From NCBI GenBank assembly GCA_015680685.1, contig MNCI01001810.1, positions 218,327-282,326 of the forward strand: 64,000 bases of DNA, given 5' to 3'. The DNA is from Gnetum montanum. Its lineage: Eukaryota > Plantae > Gnetophyta. Within the stretch, counting starts at the first letter, position 1. Every line of letters begins with the position of its first letter. A program made the translations under genes and the position numbers. Below are positions 42,139 through 54,547 of this stretch, one piece after another. The notes beneath the pieces are model-generated. The model saw only the letters and a program-made list of their open reading frames with translations. It was not told where the DNA came from and searched no databases.

Positions 42139-42272
42139 ATGAAGGGCAAAGGAAAACCAGGTTGAGGCAAAGGGAAGGGGCAAGTGAGTCTAGCGTTTGT
42201 GGAGGAGAGTGAAGAGCTACTTCAGTGTCTCCCCCAAGCTAGGATTGTAGCGTGGGATGGAGTTTTACACAG
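42139..42272 (+). pseudogene. Exon 1 of the antisense accessory gene of D
   Basis: MKGKGKPG*GKGKGQVSLAFVEESEELLQCLPQARI, homologous to C exon 1 (KESEAMLQCLPRPRI); phase-2 donor AG|GTTCGT. Confidence 0.8.
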
Positions 42273-43200
42273 GTTCGTTTCTTCTTGTTTCTCTCCAGTA
42301 TTTTGTGTGCAGCGTTAGTTAGCACAATGTGGTCTCTCATGGCCATCGTTTTCTACTATATTTCTAGTGCGATTTATTTTTTGGGTTTCTCTGTTGCGTT
42401 GGATTAAAAATCTGAGACCGTTTGCCATGTTTTTCTTGCTGCGTTTTGAGCATCAGGGTTTGTACTAGGGATTTATGGCTTGCCGTATTATTTTTTTTGT
42501 TGTTGTTCTTTTGGGTGCATGTGATTGATTATTATTAGGGAAAGCTCAGCGTGAGTTGCATGGATGGCCCTAGTGTGAGCATCTAGGGATGCTTAGCGTG
42601 AGCTGCATAGGTAGGCCCAGTGTGAGTTGCAAGGACGTGCCCAATGTGAGCGTCCAGGGAGAACCAGAGTGTGAGTTCCACAGGGAACGTGCTTCTCATA
42701 AGTGGTGTTTCCCTTTTTTCAGGGTTCTTTCTTGTTTTTTATTGCCAATACAGGCCATGGCGATTCCTTTTTTTTCACCAATTTTTAGATATTAGGAAAA
42801 TCAATCAATCATGAAGAGAACTTGAAATTCAGTGTCTGCTGTGAGGTGAACCAGTGTCTGTATGTTAAAGAGAAAGCAGTGATTGATTTTCAATGAGTTT
42901 TATGTTTCAAAGCTTGGTATATCTACACTATGTTTCATGCAAGAATGAGAGGGCTACGATTTGTGTATATACAACAATTGCTGGTAGCGTGAGCATGCTT
43001 GGCTTGTGTTAAAATGTGAAGATGCAAATTGTTTGCTGAAATGCTTATTCTTTGCTAGTGTTTATGTCAATGCTATTTATTATTTTCTTGTTTGGCCAAA
43101 TTTAAATATGTTTCTACAAATCTATGAATGTTCATGGTTCTATCCTTGCGTGTTCATTTTATGTTTCTTGCAATAAACTATTGTGTAAAAGATTTCAATT

Positions 43201-44640
43201 TGAAACACCACAAAATTCTGAGCTTAGTACTTCTCTGACAAGAATCAAGCTAAGTCATGATGCTCCCCAGCATGACTGAAGCTTGAGGACCTCACAGATA
43301 GCTTCAAATGGAGTCTAACCAAGCAAGAAATGGTTCTCCGAGACCCACAGCAGACTACAAAAACATCTGGCGTTGAACCCTGCCAAAATTTTGAGCCTGA
43401 AATACTTGGTTTCCATTAAGCATGCATCCTGCACACCCAGCGTGTACGCCCAGCATATACGCCTAGCGTGTGACTTTAAAGACTACCTGAAAAAAGCACT
43501 ACAGAGTAAGATTTTCACAAGGCATCAACTCTCAGAGATCGGGCAATTGTTAGATGTTATCATGAGCTCAAGACAATTGGGTTTTGACCTCGGAATCATG
43601 CACTTTGGGGTTCACACGTTGAGCATGTACATCCTGCATGCCCAGTATGTATGCCTAGCGTGTATGCTCGGTGTGCGCCATTCAGCATGCAGCACAACAT
43701 ATAGCAATGAAACTTTTCCAAAACCATGTTAGATCAAGTTCAACTAAGCTGAGCATCCATAGGAAGCATTCTCATAACATTCAAGTTCAAATTCGAGGGC
43801 TGAATTGGATATTTCTTGCTGTAACAGTAGTTTGTAAAAATGAATTCTTTTTTTTTAATCAAGTCTGTACACTGAGTTCACATGCCCAACATGTACACCC
43901 TGGCGTGCAGTAGCACACATTGGCATGCAGCACACTGCATTGTTGTAATATTCTTTGCACCTGGACAACACAGCCACCTATCATCCAACCCGAAATTCTC
44001 TCACCCACGGCCACTCATACCTTTCCAGATCCGAATCCAACGCTCAAAACCCTCATAAAAACCCCAATTTTTCACTAGATTGCAGGGGGGGGGGCAACCT
44101 TGAGACATAGATAAAAAAAACTAGAACTGGGAGAACACTAAGAAAATCAGAGCAGGAACCCCCATATGCTAGACCTTGACCCTGCACACTGAGCATACAG
44201 CTTTCACGCTATGCTTGCAATTTAAACTAGCATACCATCATCTTCCAGCATCCACCAGGGCCTTTCGCCTACCTCGTGTTAAATCTATGATTGCGTCTGG
44301 ACCGGTGCATTGTAATTCTCATCTGGCAATAAATTTATTTTATTTCTGCTTGAAATTTGTCACAGTTTTTGTTTATTCTGGTTCATTTCTTTTGCTTAAG
44401 CTAACACAAATTTACGCTTTGAGTTTACATTAATCACACTATTTACATATAACCCAGCGTATTGCATATTGGCATACATTGGGGAAATCCTTGTCTGATC
44501 CGTGTGCGGACCACCCAAGGTACTCTACCTTCGTTCATTCCAGCTCGTCCTCAAGCGAAGGTAGGGTTTTCTGTGCTCGTCTGTAGATCATGCAGTGCTC
44601 GTCCCATTCCAGCCTTGCACGGATGATTTTCGACAGTACA
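43201..44640 (+). repeat. 5' LTR of C (1440 bp)
   Basis: TGAAACACCA...CAGTACA; 22 differences in the first 180 bp versus the 3' LTR (hand count). Confidence 0.97.
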
Positions 44641-44645
44641 GAAAA

Positions 44646-44662
44646 TGGTGCTAGAAGGAGGG
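44646..44662 (+). promoter_or_regulatory. Primer binding site, tRNA-Asn
   Basis: TGGTGCTAGAAGGAGGG, 5 bp after the LTR end; one CpG-type mismatch. Confidence 0.88.
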
Positions 44663-44809
44663 CCTGAAACTATTTAAATCTAATCTGATTTCATATGCCC
44701 ACACCCTATGCTTCTGATCTACTGCCCTATTTTCTCACATTTACATCGCGTCAACATGAAATCTGATTTTGAACCTCCCAAATCTAGGCCTTGTTCTATA
44801 GCATTCTCA

Positions 44810-45260
44810 GCATCTACACGCTGCCTGAAAACCTGCATGCTGTAGATTCTATCTACATGCTGCCAGAAAACCTGCACGCTGTAGACTTTGTTTACATGCT
44901 GCCCAGTTCCTGCATGCTATAGAATCTATCTACACGCTGCCTGAAAACCTGCATGCTGTAAAATCAGTCTGCACGCTATAGACTCTATCTGCACACTGCC
45001 TGAAAACCTGCATGCTATAGACTCTATCTGCACACTGCCTGAAAACCTGCATGCTATAGACTTTGTCTACACGTTGCCTAGTTGCCCTGCATGCTCATCA
45101 CTCTACTTGTATGCTAACAGTTGTAGCCTACACACTGTGACCTCAGTTTACATGCTGTGACCAGTTTCTGTATGCTAATCGCTGAAGTCTGTACGCTGGG
45201 ACCCAGTCCACATGCTGTGCAAATAGGTTGCACGTTGCCAAATTAGGTGTACACTGGTAA
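44810..45260 (+). repeat. ~19/38-bp tandem repeat in the 5' UTR of C with CACGCTG/CATGCTG core
   Basis: CTGCCTGAAAACCTGCATGCT recurs several times, degenerating downstream. Confidence 0.9.
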
Positions 45261-45344
45261 GCACACGCATTTCATACTCGGCCCTCACCTGTATGCCCCG
45301 ACATTGTATCCCTTCCACCGAGTTACATTTACAACCTTTTCACC

Positions 45345-48300
45345 ATGAATACCGCCAACACCAACGTTTCAACCAAGTCCATTCTGGATACCGTGGGTTC
45401 CACGATGATGCCGATGCCTGTTATACAACCCATAGGCGCCCACTGTGAGGTTAATCCCTAGGGAGGACCCCGCCGATCTCTCATATTGCAAAGGAAAAAT
45501 CCATCATTCAATGTTATCACACAGGAACAATATAATTTCATATGCGTAAAAATCCAAGTCAGCCTAGCAGTGGATCAAATTGAAATGGAGGCCAAGAGAC
45601 AATATGAACTATTTCATAGGGGAGGACATGAGTTCATCCCTTCCCCATATGATATCATCCCTCTCCTTGAGCACTACTCTGAACTTATCTCACAGCTCCT
45701 CCTAGCCAGGAATCAGTCTTTAGACCAGTCTATGGAAAATCCTCAATTAGAAGAGGAGGATGAATTTGCAGCTCAATCGGAACATGAAGATTCATACCAT
45801 ACCCTCAGCCCCCAAACTTACGCGAACCCATTGTTCCAACCATTCACGGGGGAAACTACGTCCCTCCAGTCATTTAAAATCATCCACGCACATGTGCCCC
45901 AACAAGAAGCATCCACGCTTATTCCCACTCCCTTAGTGACCGATACCCAACTTAATATGCCCCTCACCACTATTCCTCCTATTACCAAATTATCCCATCT
46001 CTTGCAAATACAACCCCAACAACAACCCTCACAAACCAATGTAGGAGCAACCTTCCCATCTTGAGTGATCGGGATGCCATATGTGATACCCGCTTCTACA
46101 TCTGCGCACTATATACCACAGATCCAAACCCAAAGAACACCCTTCATCACTTCAATTCAACAAGCTCAGGGCATTCCCTTACAAATCATGACTGGACAGT
46201 GGGCTGCGATTGATACACAAGTGCATCAACCCCCTAACTACAATGTACCACCGCCTACAATTCCACCCATGAGTATCCCTCAAGTACAGCAACAACAACA
46301 ACAACAACCCTTTCCCCATGGTATGCCACCCTTGGCAGCACCTACCATGAATGTTCCATAAGCCCAACCTCCAACCACTCAACTTTCCTCTTTCCCGCCC
46401 ACCATACAATAATCTAACTTGTATACTACACAACATAATCAATCTACCATCTCACCTAGTACCCAAGATTGGGCTGAAGCCAAGAAACTGATGCAAGAAC
46501 TAACTGATTAGGTCAAGCGCCTCAAAATAGCTACCGACGAAGAGCTTTAGATAGTGGATTTCTATCAAGATGACCCTATCAGCTCTTCAGTTCCATCTCT
46601 AACGTTACCCAAGGGTGTTTCCTTACCCACGTTAACTAAATATAATGGGGAGATAGACCCCAACGCCCATCTTATAATGTTTAGACTAGAATGCGTGCTA
46701 CTTCAGGCATGGCCACAGGCCATCTTACGAGTGTTCCCCATGTCCCTCATAGGGAAAGCACTTGACTGGTATCGGGCTTTGCCCCAAAACTTAGTATTTT
46801 CGTTAGAAGACTTATTACACTAGTTCGTTACCAGGTTCAAGTAACTTGAAGCCTAAAGCAACACTTGACAACCTGATACAGGTCAAGCAGGCACCACTTG
46901 AACTTGTTCAAAAATTTATCCAATGGTGGAGTGCTGCCCTCAATGAGCTCCATGAGCCAATCCTAGAGACTTATCTCCTCACTATTCTAAAGGGGTCTGT
47001 TAATGATTTTGTGAAGTCCAAATTATACTATCTTAATGCATGTACTCTTAGCCAAGCATTTGTACAAATAAAGAACATAGAAGAGGTAGCCCAAAACAGC
47101 CATGACCCCACCTATTCAGCCTTTAAAAATCAACATAATAAGAAAGACAAAGAAAAGGCTAAGGAAACTATAGTAGCAGTAGCGGAAACACAAAAAACGA
47201 GTATGGGACAACGAGGCAAACTGCCTACTACCCCAACTAACTATGCTAGACCTGCTCCTGCTACTGCACCTGAACCGTCCACATCACAAAATTGTACACC
47301 AAGTCGTGCAAGAAACTTCAAGAGGAAAGACCCCTCTCAATACACACCGTTGCCCATGAAACCCTCGCAATTATTTGACCAAATCTTGAAGGACGGGCTT
47401 ATGAAACATAAACAATTGTCCTCAGTAACAATCCAAAGACATGATAGATTCTGTCAGTTGGTCGAGAACCCAAGCTTGGCAATGCTAGATGAGCCTCCAG
47501 TTCCAAGGGGCTTTAGAATAGACCACTTTTGTGATTATCATCAACACAATGGGCATGGCACTGATTATTGTTTCATCCTGAAACAAGATATTCAATGGAT
47601 GATCAATGGAGGTGAGATCACTTTTGATGAAGCCAACCCGGTCAAACCACAAAACTAGGCCATGGGCATATATAAGGATCCTCTAAATACTAAGGAGGCT
47701 CCATATGTAATTAACACTATCTATTTAGACAATGAACAAGAAGCACCCAGGATTAACACCATTTATTCAGATAATGAACAGCTAACACCTACGAGACCAC
47801 TTGTAGTTCGTGCTCCTCCCACTGCTGCATCTCAATCATCATACTCTCCAGGTAATCCGCCTACCTCGCAAAGACCCTAGGTCATCTGGATACCCCCCGC
47901 GGTGGCAGCCTCTACCATACCACCAAAACCGTACGTGGTGCATGTACCTCCTGCCGCTACTACCGCAAACACGCAACCTCCTACCTGGCCCTCTCCCTAT
48001 GTAGTCCGGGTGCCACCCGTAGTCGCAATTACGGAGGTACAACCCCCAACTAGACCAACTCCATATGTTTTTAGGATACCTGAACACCCTGATAACCTCC
48101 AACCTTCCACCCCACAAACACAGAATAAACTGACCCCATATGTTGTTAGGCTGCCCAGGAAGCCTGACACTCAACCACCTTTGACCATCCAATCATAACC
48201 CCATCCTACTCCATACATCATACGGGTGCCAAAGCAACCAGATATTCAGAAACCAAATGTTCCCCTGTGCCACACGCGGGAATGCTTGGCAGACAAGCTC

Positions 48301-49596
48301 ACATGGGAATGATTGGAGAAAGAATGCCAACAGCTTGCCTTAGGACCCCGCAAGCCTACTCCATTAAGCGCAGTACCAATGGCATCACCTACTAACAAAC
48401 CGAGTATGAGCTATAAGGGAGAATCATTGAGAATACATGATGCATCCAAATCAACAGTTATGGAAGAAAACGTCAAACCAGCTACACATGAGATAAAATT
48501 GTTGGACCCGATGGACCAAGCAACCACTAACAAGCAAGCACCTAACAGTAAAGATTTAGCAACAGCCCTAACACAGGTCACGCAGGCACTTAAATAGAAA
48601 AATACTTCACTAAGCCTATATGACATGGTATTAACTTCTCAAACTCATCGGGAGGCCCTAGTACACATGTTAACATCAATCCCAGCAAGCAAAAACTTAC
48701 TCGTAGATGAGCCTTCCATACATGCGGTAATATCTAAACGACAAGGAATCAAACCCAAATCGCTAAGCTTTCACCCCAAAAACATTAAGTTTGACGAGAG
48801 AACCGGAGACGTCACCCACGCACCTATGTTCATAACAATACAGGTAAATCAATTCAAAATACATCGGGTGCATGTAGATGAAGGAACTGCCACAAACATA
48901 ATACCCTACCCCGTCATCAAACAATTAGGGCTCACACAACTAATTAAACCAAATTCCACCACATGTTTAAAATCGTTTAGTGGATCATGCGTAGTAGTAA
49001 AAGGCACCATAACTATGGACTTTATAGTAGGGGATCGATTCCCCACATCTGCTAACTTTGTTGTCATCGACGAAATGCCAGGGTTCAATTTAATATTAGG
49101 AAGACCTTGGTTGGCCCAACTCAAAGTAGTCTCTTCCCCCATACACCAAGAGATTCACCTACCTTACGAAGGTGATGAAATCATTATACATAGAGAGACT
49201 GCTACACCTACCATCTCATCACATACAAATACAAACCAAGGTTCAGAAGTTAAGTTTGAAGAACCTAAATAGGATGACACAAACGACAAACAAAGTTACA
49301 CGCAGCCAGTAAACAATAATCCATTAGACGTAAATGAAACTTTATCCAACATAGAAACACCTGGACTTGAAACTGCACACACACCGCCTAACCTAGAAAG
49401 TACAACAAACATCGAAACTATTGAACACACAGAAACACTAGAAGATGCCAACATAGAGCCCGTTCCATCAGATGTCCCTTGGGCTGAATTATCATTCAAT
49501 GTAATCAGCGAAGGGAACGCTGAGTATAGAATCACACCTATCGGTGTCACTCCTAACGTTAAATTAAGAAAAATCAAAAAATTGCTAAACCACTAA
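45345..49596 (+). pseudogene. gag-protease of C
   Basis: Q/P-rich N-terminus, YNGEIDPNAHL, FPMSLIGKALDWY, FCDYHQHNGHGTDYC knuckle, PYVVRVP repeats, VDEGTATNII, FNLILGRPWL; scattered stops. Confidence 0.93.
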
Positions 49597-49885
49597 ACTA
49601 CACTCCTCATCCAAAATGATGTTAAACTACATTCATCTTCCAAAATGACGTTAAACTACCACATGTCTGCAACGACATAAAACTAGCCACGGCCAGAAAT
49701 GACCAATTTACCAAGGAATCCACGAGTATCACTTGAAACTTCTCTTGTTTACATATGGCCCGAAATGGCCTTAAACTAGTACATGGGGCCCAGAATGGCT
49801 TTAAACTAGAACATCAAGGCTACAGTCCATCACGACTTTAAATTGAAACACATGCCCCCAGGGCTCGAAATGGCCTTAAACTAGA
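49590..49885 (+). repeat. TAAACTA array (C, after gag-PR)
   Basis: Units AATGACGTTAAACTAC and AATGGCCTTAAACTAG. Confidence 0.85.
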
Positions 49886-50403
49886 GCATTTTCCTTATAT
49901 TTATTTTCTCTCAATTCAGGATTACAGTTCATATTTATGCTTACCCTGTTGCATTGTTACATTATCAAGCGTAGTTTTTCTTCATATTCCCCTACTTCTA
50001 TTCCTACTTCGTGCATTACACTTAAGCAACAAAATGGACAAAAACATTTCTACATTGCTACATCGTGTTTACATTCAAGCCTAAAAGATTTTCACCTTAA
50101 ATTTACACCTAGCAGTGTTCAAATAAACTTAAAATTCAAAAAGAAAGGAATAACAGAAAACTCAATCGAAAAAAATTAGTATAAATGTATCAACATCAAA
50201 TTACAACTTAGTGTAATGTCCCCACATGATACATAGATGCATACATAATCATTTTAATAACAAAGAAAAAAATATATTCATATACAAATGGATAATTATA
50301 GCGGTTAACCGATTCCATCCATCAGTTCATATACAATCCAAACCAAAACATTCTGTTTGCAACTCATGTAAAAACATGAGCGATGATGATACCAAATTGA
50401 AAA

Positions 50404-53400
50404 CTAAACGTCAGGATCGGGAGGGGTGTCCCCCTTAGACTCCCTAGCAGCATGGGTCCCTGCTCTGTTGGGGCCACCTTCTTGACCATCGTCATCCCCA
50501 TGACCCTACGAAAAGGTAAAAGAAAACAATTAACACATTAACACAAAAGGAAAAGAGAAGAATTCCAAAAGTTATTTAATAAACAAAATTCACGAGTTTG
50601 GATGACTTACTGAAGAAGATCCTCATAGACCGAATTCCAATCGACGAAGGATTTCTTCCTCAGAGACACTTGCCCAGTCAGTCCCATCAAGGCCGAGATC
50701 AACGTTAGCCAAAGCCTTTCCTTTATCCATTGCAGACCAAGTGGGACGTTTCAAAGAAAACTCACCCACAGAAACCTCCCTAGAAGCTGTAGTGATTACC
50801 CTCTTGGGCGATTTCATCTCCACCACAGTATGCTTAGCAAACACGTCAAATGAGGAGTGCAGGCCTAAACCATCAACAAACATCTCCAGTTGACGCTTTT
50901 CTATAGATACCTCCTTTAATGATTTTTTATAATGATACTTATGGGTCTTTTCATCTTGACCCCATTTCCGCACCTTAGAAGTGAAAGCCTTCCAATCCTG
51001 ACATTTGAGGTTCAGTAAATCTATTTGTGCCTTATGCTCTGCTAGCTCCCAAGTCATTGATACTTGGCGATTCAATAAATTCCAATATCTGTCATAAGTA
51101 ATTTCGGAAGTTTGTCAAGAACGATCACCTGTTAACCTTGCTGAGGCAAACTCATAGCGCGATTTGAGATCATCCTATTCTTCTAATAGCATGGAAATCT
51201 CTTTTTCTCTTGCCTGAATCTGCAATCATAACCTCTCGATGGAGTGCCTATAGGTCCAAAGAGACTTGGCATTCTACACAATGCACTCTCCCACTTCATC
51301 ATAAATCTTTCAGGGCACTTGCTCAATCTTTGGAGGCAGTTTAGGTAAACTATCAATACCAGTGGCCTCAGATGAATCCCATTTCAGTTTAGCCCCTACT
51401 CATATGAGGAGAACATACATTAGACATTGGACAGTAGCAACAGATGAGAAAAAATCGAAGGATACGAAACACTTAAGATATATGTACCTATTCCAGGGTG
51501 AGCTTGGTCGATGTGATCAACCACCTCATCAATGACACCAGTTATAAAATCCATTTTACTTGGCATTTTGTTCCAAGTAAAGGGTTCATGTATAGGAGAC
51601 GGGTTAACTTCGGTGGTCATTCCTGTGGGAGCCTTCATCATGGGGACTTCTAAACGAATGTCAGGAAATGTCCTAGTCTCAACATTTTTGCCTAGTAGCA
51701 GTAAAAAAAACATAAAATTAAAAATTTGAATAATGAGAAGTACAATTCAAAAGGCAAATAAACATATTATGGCCAATATATTGAAATCTTTGTCTTCCTC
51801 CCGATTTGGAGGATTGCCAAGGTCTAGCCTCCCTACGAAGAAACCATCAAACATCTCATCGACTCTAGCCTAATCATCAATGTTACCCTCTTCTGTGGTA
51901 TCTCCCTCCCGATCTTTCATTCCTCCCATCTTGTCCCTACCCGCCTCATCCTCCTTGTTTAAGTTCGTTGAGACCTCTTCCTATTCGATGATTGGTGCTA
52001 ATCTCTCTTTTCTTACTTCAGAAGTCAACTCTAATGGCATTCATAGGTTCAACATCAGTTTTGTATAAACAACCGAAAAAGAAAGTAAAAATAACGATGA
52101 AGATGATAAAACAAGGATAAATCGGTGAATCAAGCTTACCCCGTACAGGCATCTTAAACCGTATACGTTTCACCCTTGGTTCATCTGTAGTTAGAGCAAT
52201 CTCTCTAGGACATTCACGCTTCTGAACTTTCTATTTTGCTTTCCCGATCGTTTCCTAGATCACCCGATCGGCTCTCCTAGCAGTATAGGGCACACTATTT
52301 AGTTCCAACCCTACGCTGTCATGCGTATGAATTGAATGACTAGATGACCCCTCTGTTGTGATAGAAATCGATTCGTCAATCCCCTTGGGAGCATCTTGAG
52401 ATTTGGCCACCTCAAATAAGTGGCGAATCCACGGGCGAGATAGTTGGTGGCGATCCCTTAACACATACCTACTATCCACGTGAACAACCAAAAATTCAGC
52501 TAGCCGACGCAAGTTACCGACAAAGAATGGAAAGGTGAAGTGGGATTGTGCCTCAATATTTGAACGTAACCTCACTATCTCCTTGTGGAAACCCGAAAGC
52601 AAAAAATGGGCATAGTTATAACGAACCCCAGTCTCTAAAATAGTTTGCATGATGCACACAGGTTCTACCCCAGAAGTTTTTACTTGAGACAGAGACTTGG
52701 GAAACACCCACGCTTTGAACAAGGGATACAACTCATTAACTTTTGCCACTTTCGATTTCCCTTGCATAGGGAATCCCTTAGAGCCTTTAAGAACACCCAA
52801 CCAGTCCTCCAATTCACGAACCACATAGATCTCCTTTTGCGCTCTATCCAAAATCACTTTAGTCCCAGCTGCTGGTACACCAAAGAAGTTCGCAAAGAAC
52901 TCCTCAGACAGATGGAAAACCATTGGACACCCTTGATGCGAGTGCTATAGTAGGTGACATACTCGTCGAAAGAATCAATGATTCCAATCATCTCCATCAC
53001 AGAAACATCAGGGCTTAGAGCAATAAACAAATCCATGAGGCCCCCACATCACTCAAACAACTAATGATATGCGGCAGTGCCTTAGTACATAACCATCGCT
53101 GTGCATGATTGACTTCCCCGAATTTCATAGACAAAATTCTCTCAGTCCACTCAGTTGTGATAGTGGCTCCACCAGACGGGACGTCCACTGTACACACAAG
53201 ATAACACCATGTAGTCAATATAACCAATGATGTAGTAGAACAAACAAATTGAGGTATCGAAAATACCATTACTTACCGTCACTCGATGGATTCAGATTGC
53301 TAGGAGCCAAATACCGTCACTCGATGGATTCAGATTCACTGGTGTTGGCCCATTATGAGACTAATCCCCATGCAACCACCCCCTAGGCTCACATTGTGCA

Positions 53401-54547
53401 AGTGCCCTCGAGTACCATTTGTGAAAATGAATGATGTTACCCTTAGTCTGGGCCAACACGACACCACGAAGAGTGGGGCCCACCATGAAAGCCTCTAAGG
53501 CAGTATGAGCCAAGGTGAGTCCATCATCGCCTACGCACACTCCTTTTTTGTCGAATTGAGGCCTACAAAGAGACAACGATCAAAATATAAACCAGTACTA
53601 AGCAACAAGGTAAAAATGGTAAATTGAACAACCTTACCTTCCCACTTGGTACACTGTTCTAGGATGGTTCTAGAACAAAGTATGCACACGAGCAGCTAGG
53701 AATAGGATGTTATTGATGTGGTGAGAGCCATGTGACAATAGGTCCTACACGTGCGATAATGGACGAGTAGATCTGGGCCCTCCAGAGGGATCGTCCTCAA
53801 GAGTAAGTGATCCCTCGTCGATATCCACCATGAAAGCCACAATGCCATTCAAAGATCCTGGTAACATAGTCTCAAGCATGCTCAACGCTAATTGTTCACT
53901 CAGATGCGACCATATTACCATGTTGAATCTGTCTTAGATAAAGACAAGGAATTCACAAGCCCCTTCTCTGAACGATATCCCATTGCGATCAATGGTCATA
54001 TCAGGAATTGGCTCCTCAAAATCAATCAGACCAAACCACGTCAGAACTCCAATAAGCTCAACCACCAAGAGGAAAGGTTTGGGATCCCTGCATGTATTCA
54101 AGAACCAGGGTTAATAAATCACGTAAAGATAAGGTTCTACAACTAGGGGGCCAACACTTAGAAAAATTCCTAGTATCAAATTCAGCATGCAAACCCTGCA
54201 TGTTGGAAAACTTGGCGTGCAAACCTTGCACACTGGAAAAAACCTTGCACGCTGCACACTAGAACATGACCACACTAACCCCACACGTTGAGTATTTTGA
54301 CCCCACCTTTGACGCTACAAAAATCTTATACTATGGAAACATTTACGCTACGCAATGGGAAAATCAATAGGAACAGTGGGTGAAAAAATAAATTTCGACG
54401 AAAGGTCAGAGCCTACCTCCACGTCGATCTTGACCATGAGGGAATCCTGGGTCTAGGCAGACACTGAAGCATTGCTTCACTCTCTTTGGTCAAGGTCAAT
54501 CTAGGCTCCTTCCTCCCCTATCCTTCTACTTGCTTGCCCTTGCTCAT
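50404..54547 (-). pseudogene. Antisense accessory gene of C, 8 exons (54547-54417, 54087-53638, 53562-53277, 53187-52140, ~52061-51776, 51691-51488, ~51395-50611, 50505-50404): FCP1/NIF-like, plant-transposon domain, coiled coil
   Basis: Canonical GT-AG at most junctions; phases match B and D; ORF fragments 52255-52923 and 53361-53576 match D 63023-63802 and 62326-62514. Confidence 0.85.

Noticed and set aside
43373-44433. ORFs repeated at 43373-44433 and 60333-61735, and similarly 104-395 versus 19884-20222
   Set aside because: They recur only because they lie in LTR copies; frames and stops differ between copies.
53275-53337. Duplicated TACCGTCACTCGATGGATTCAGATT at the exon 3 end of C
   Set aside because: Local duplication at 38-bp offset, seen only in C; treated as copy-specific decay.
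50404-54547. Accessory gene as a host gene into which retrotransposons inserted
   Set aside because: It lies wholly between the two LTRs of C and recurs at the same position and relative orientation in A, B and D.
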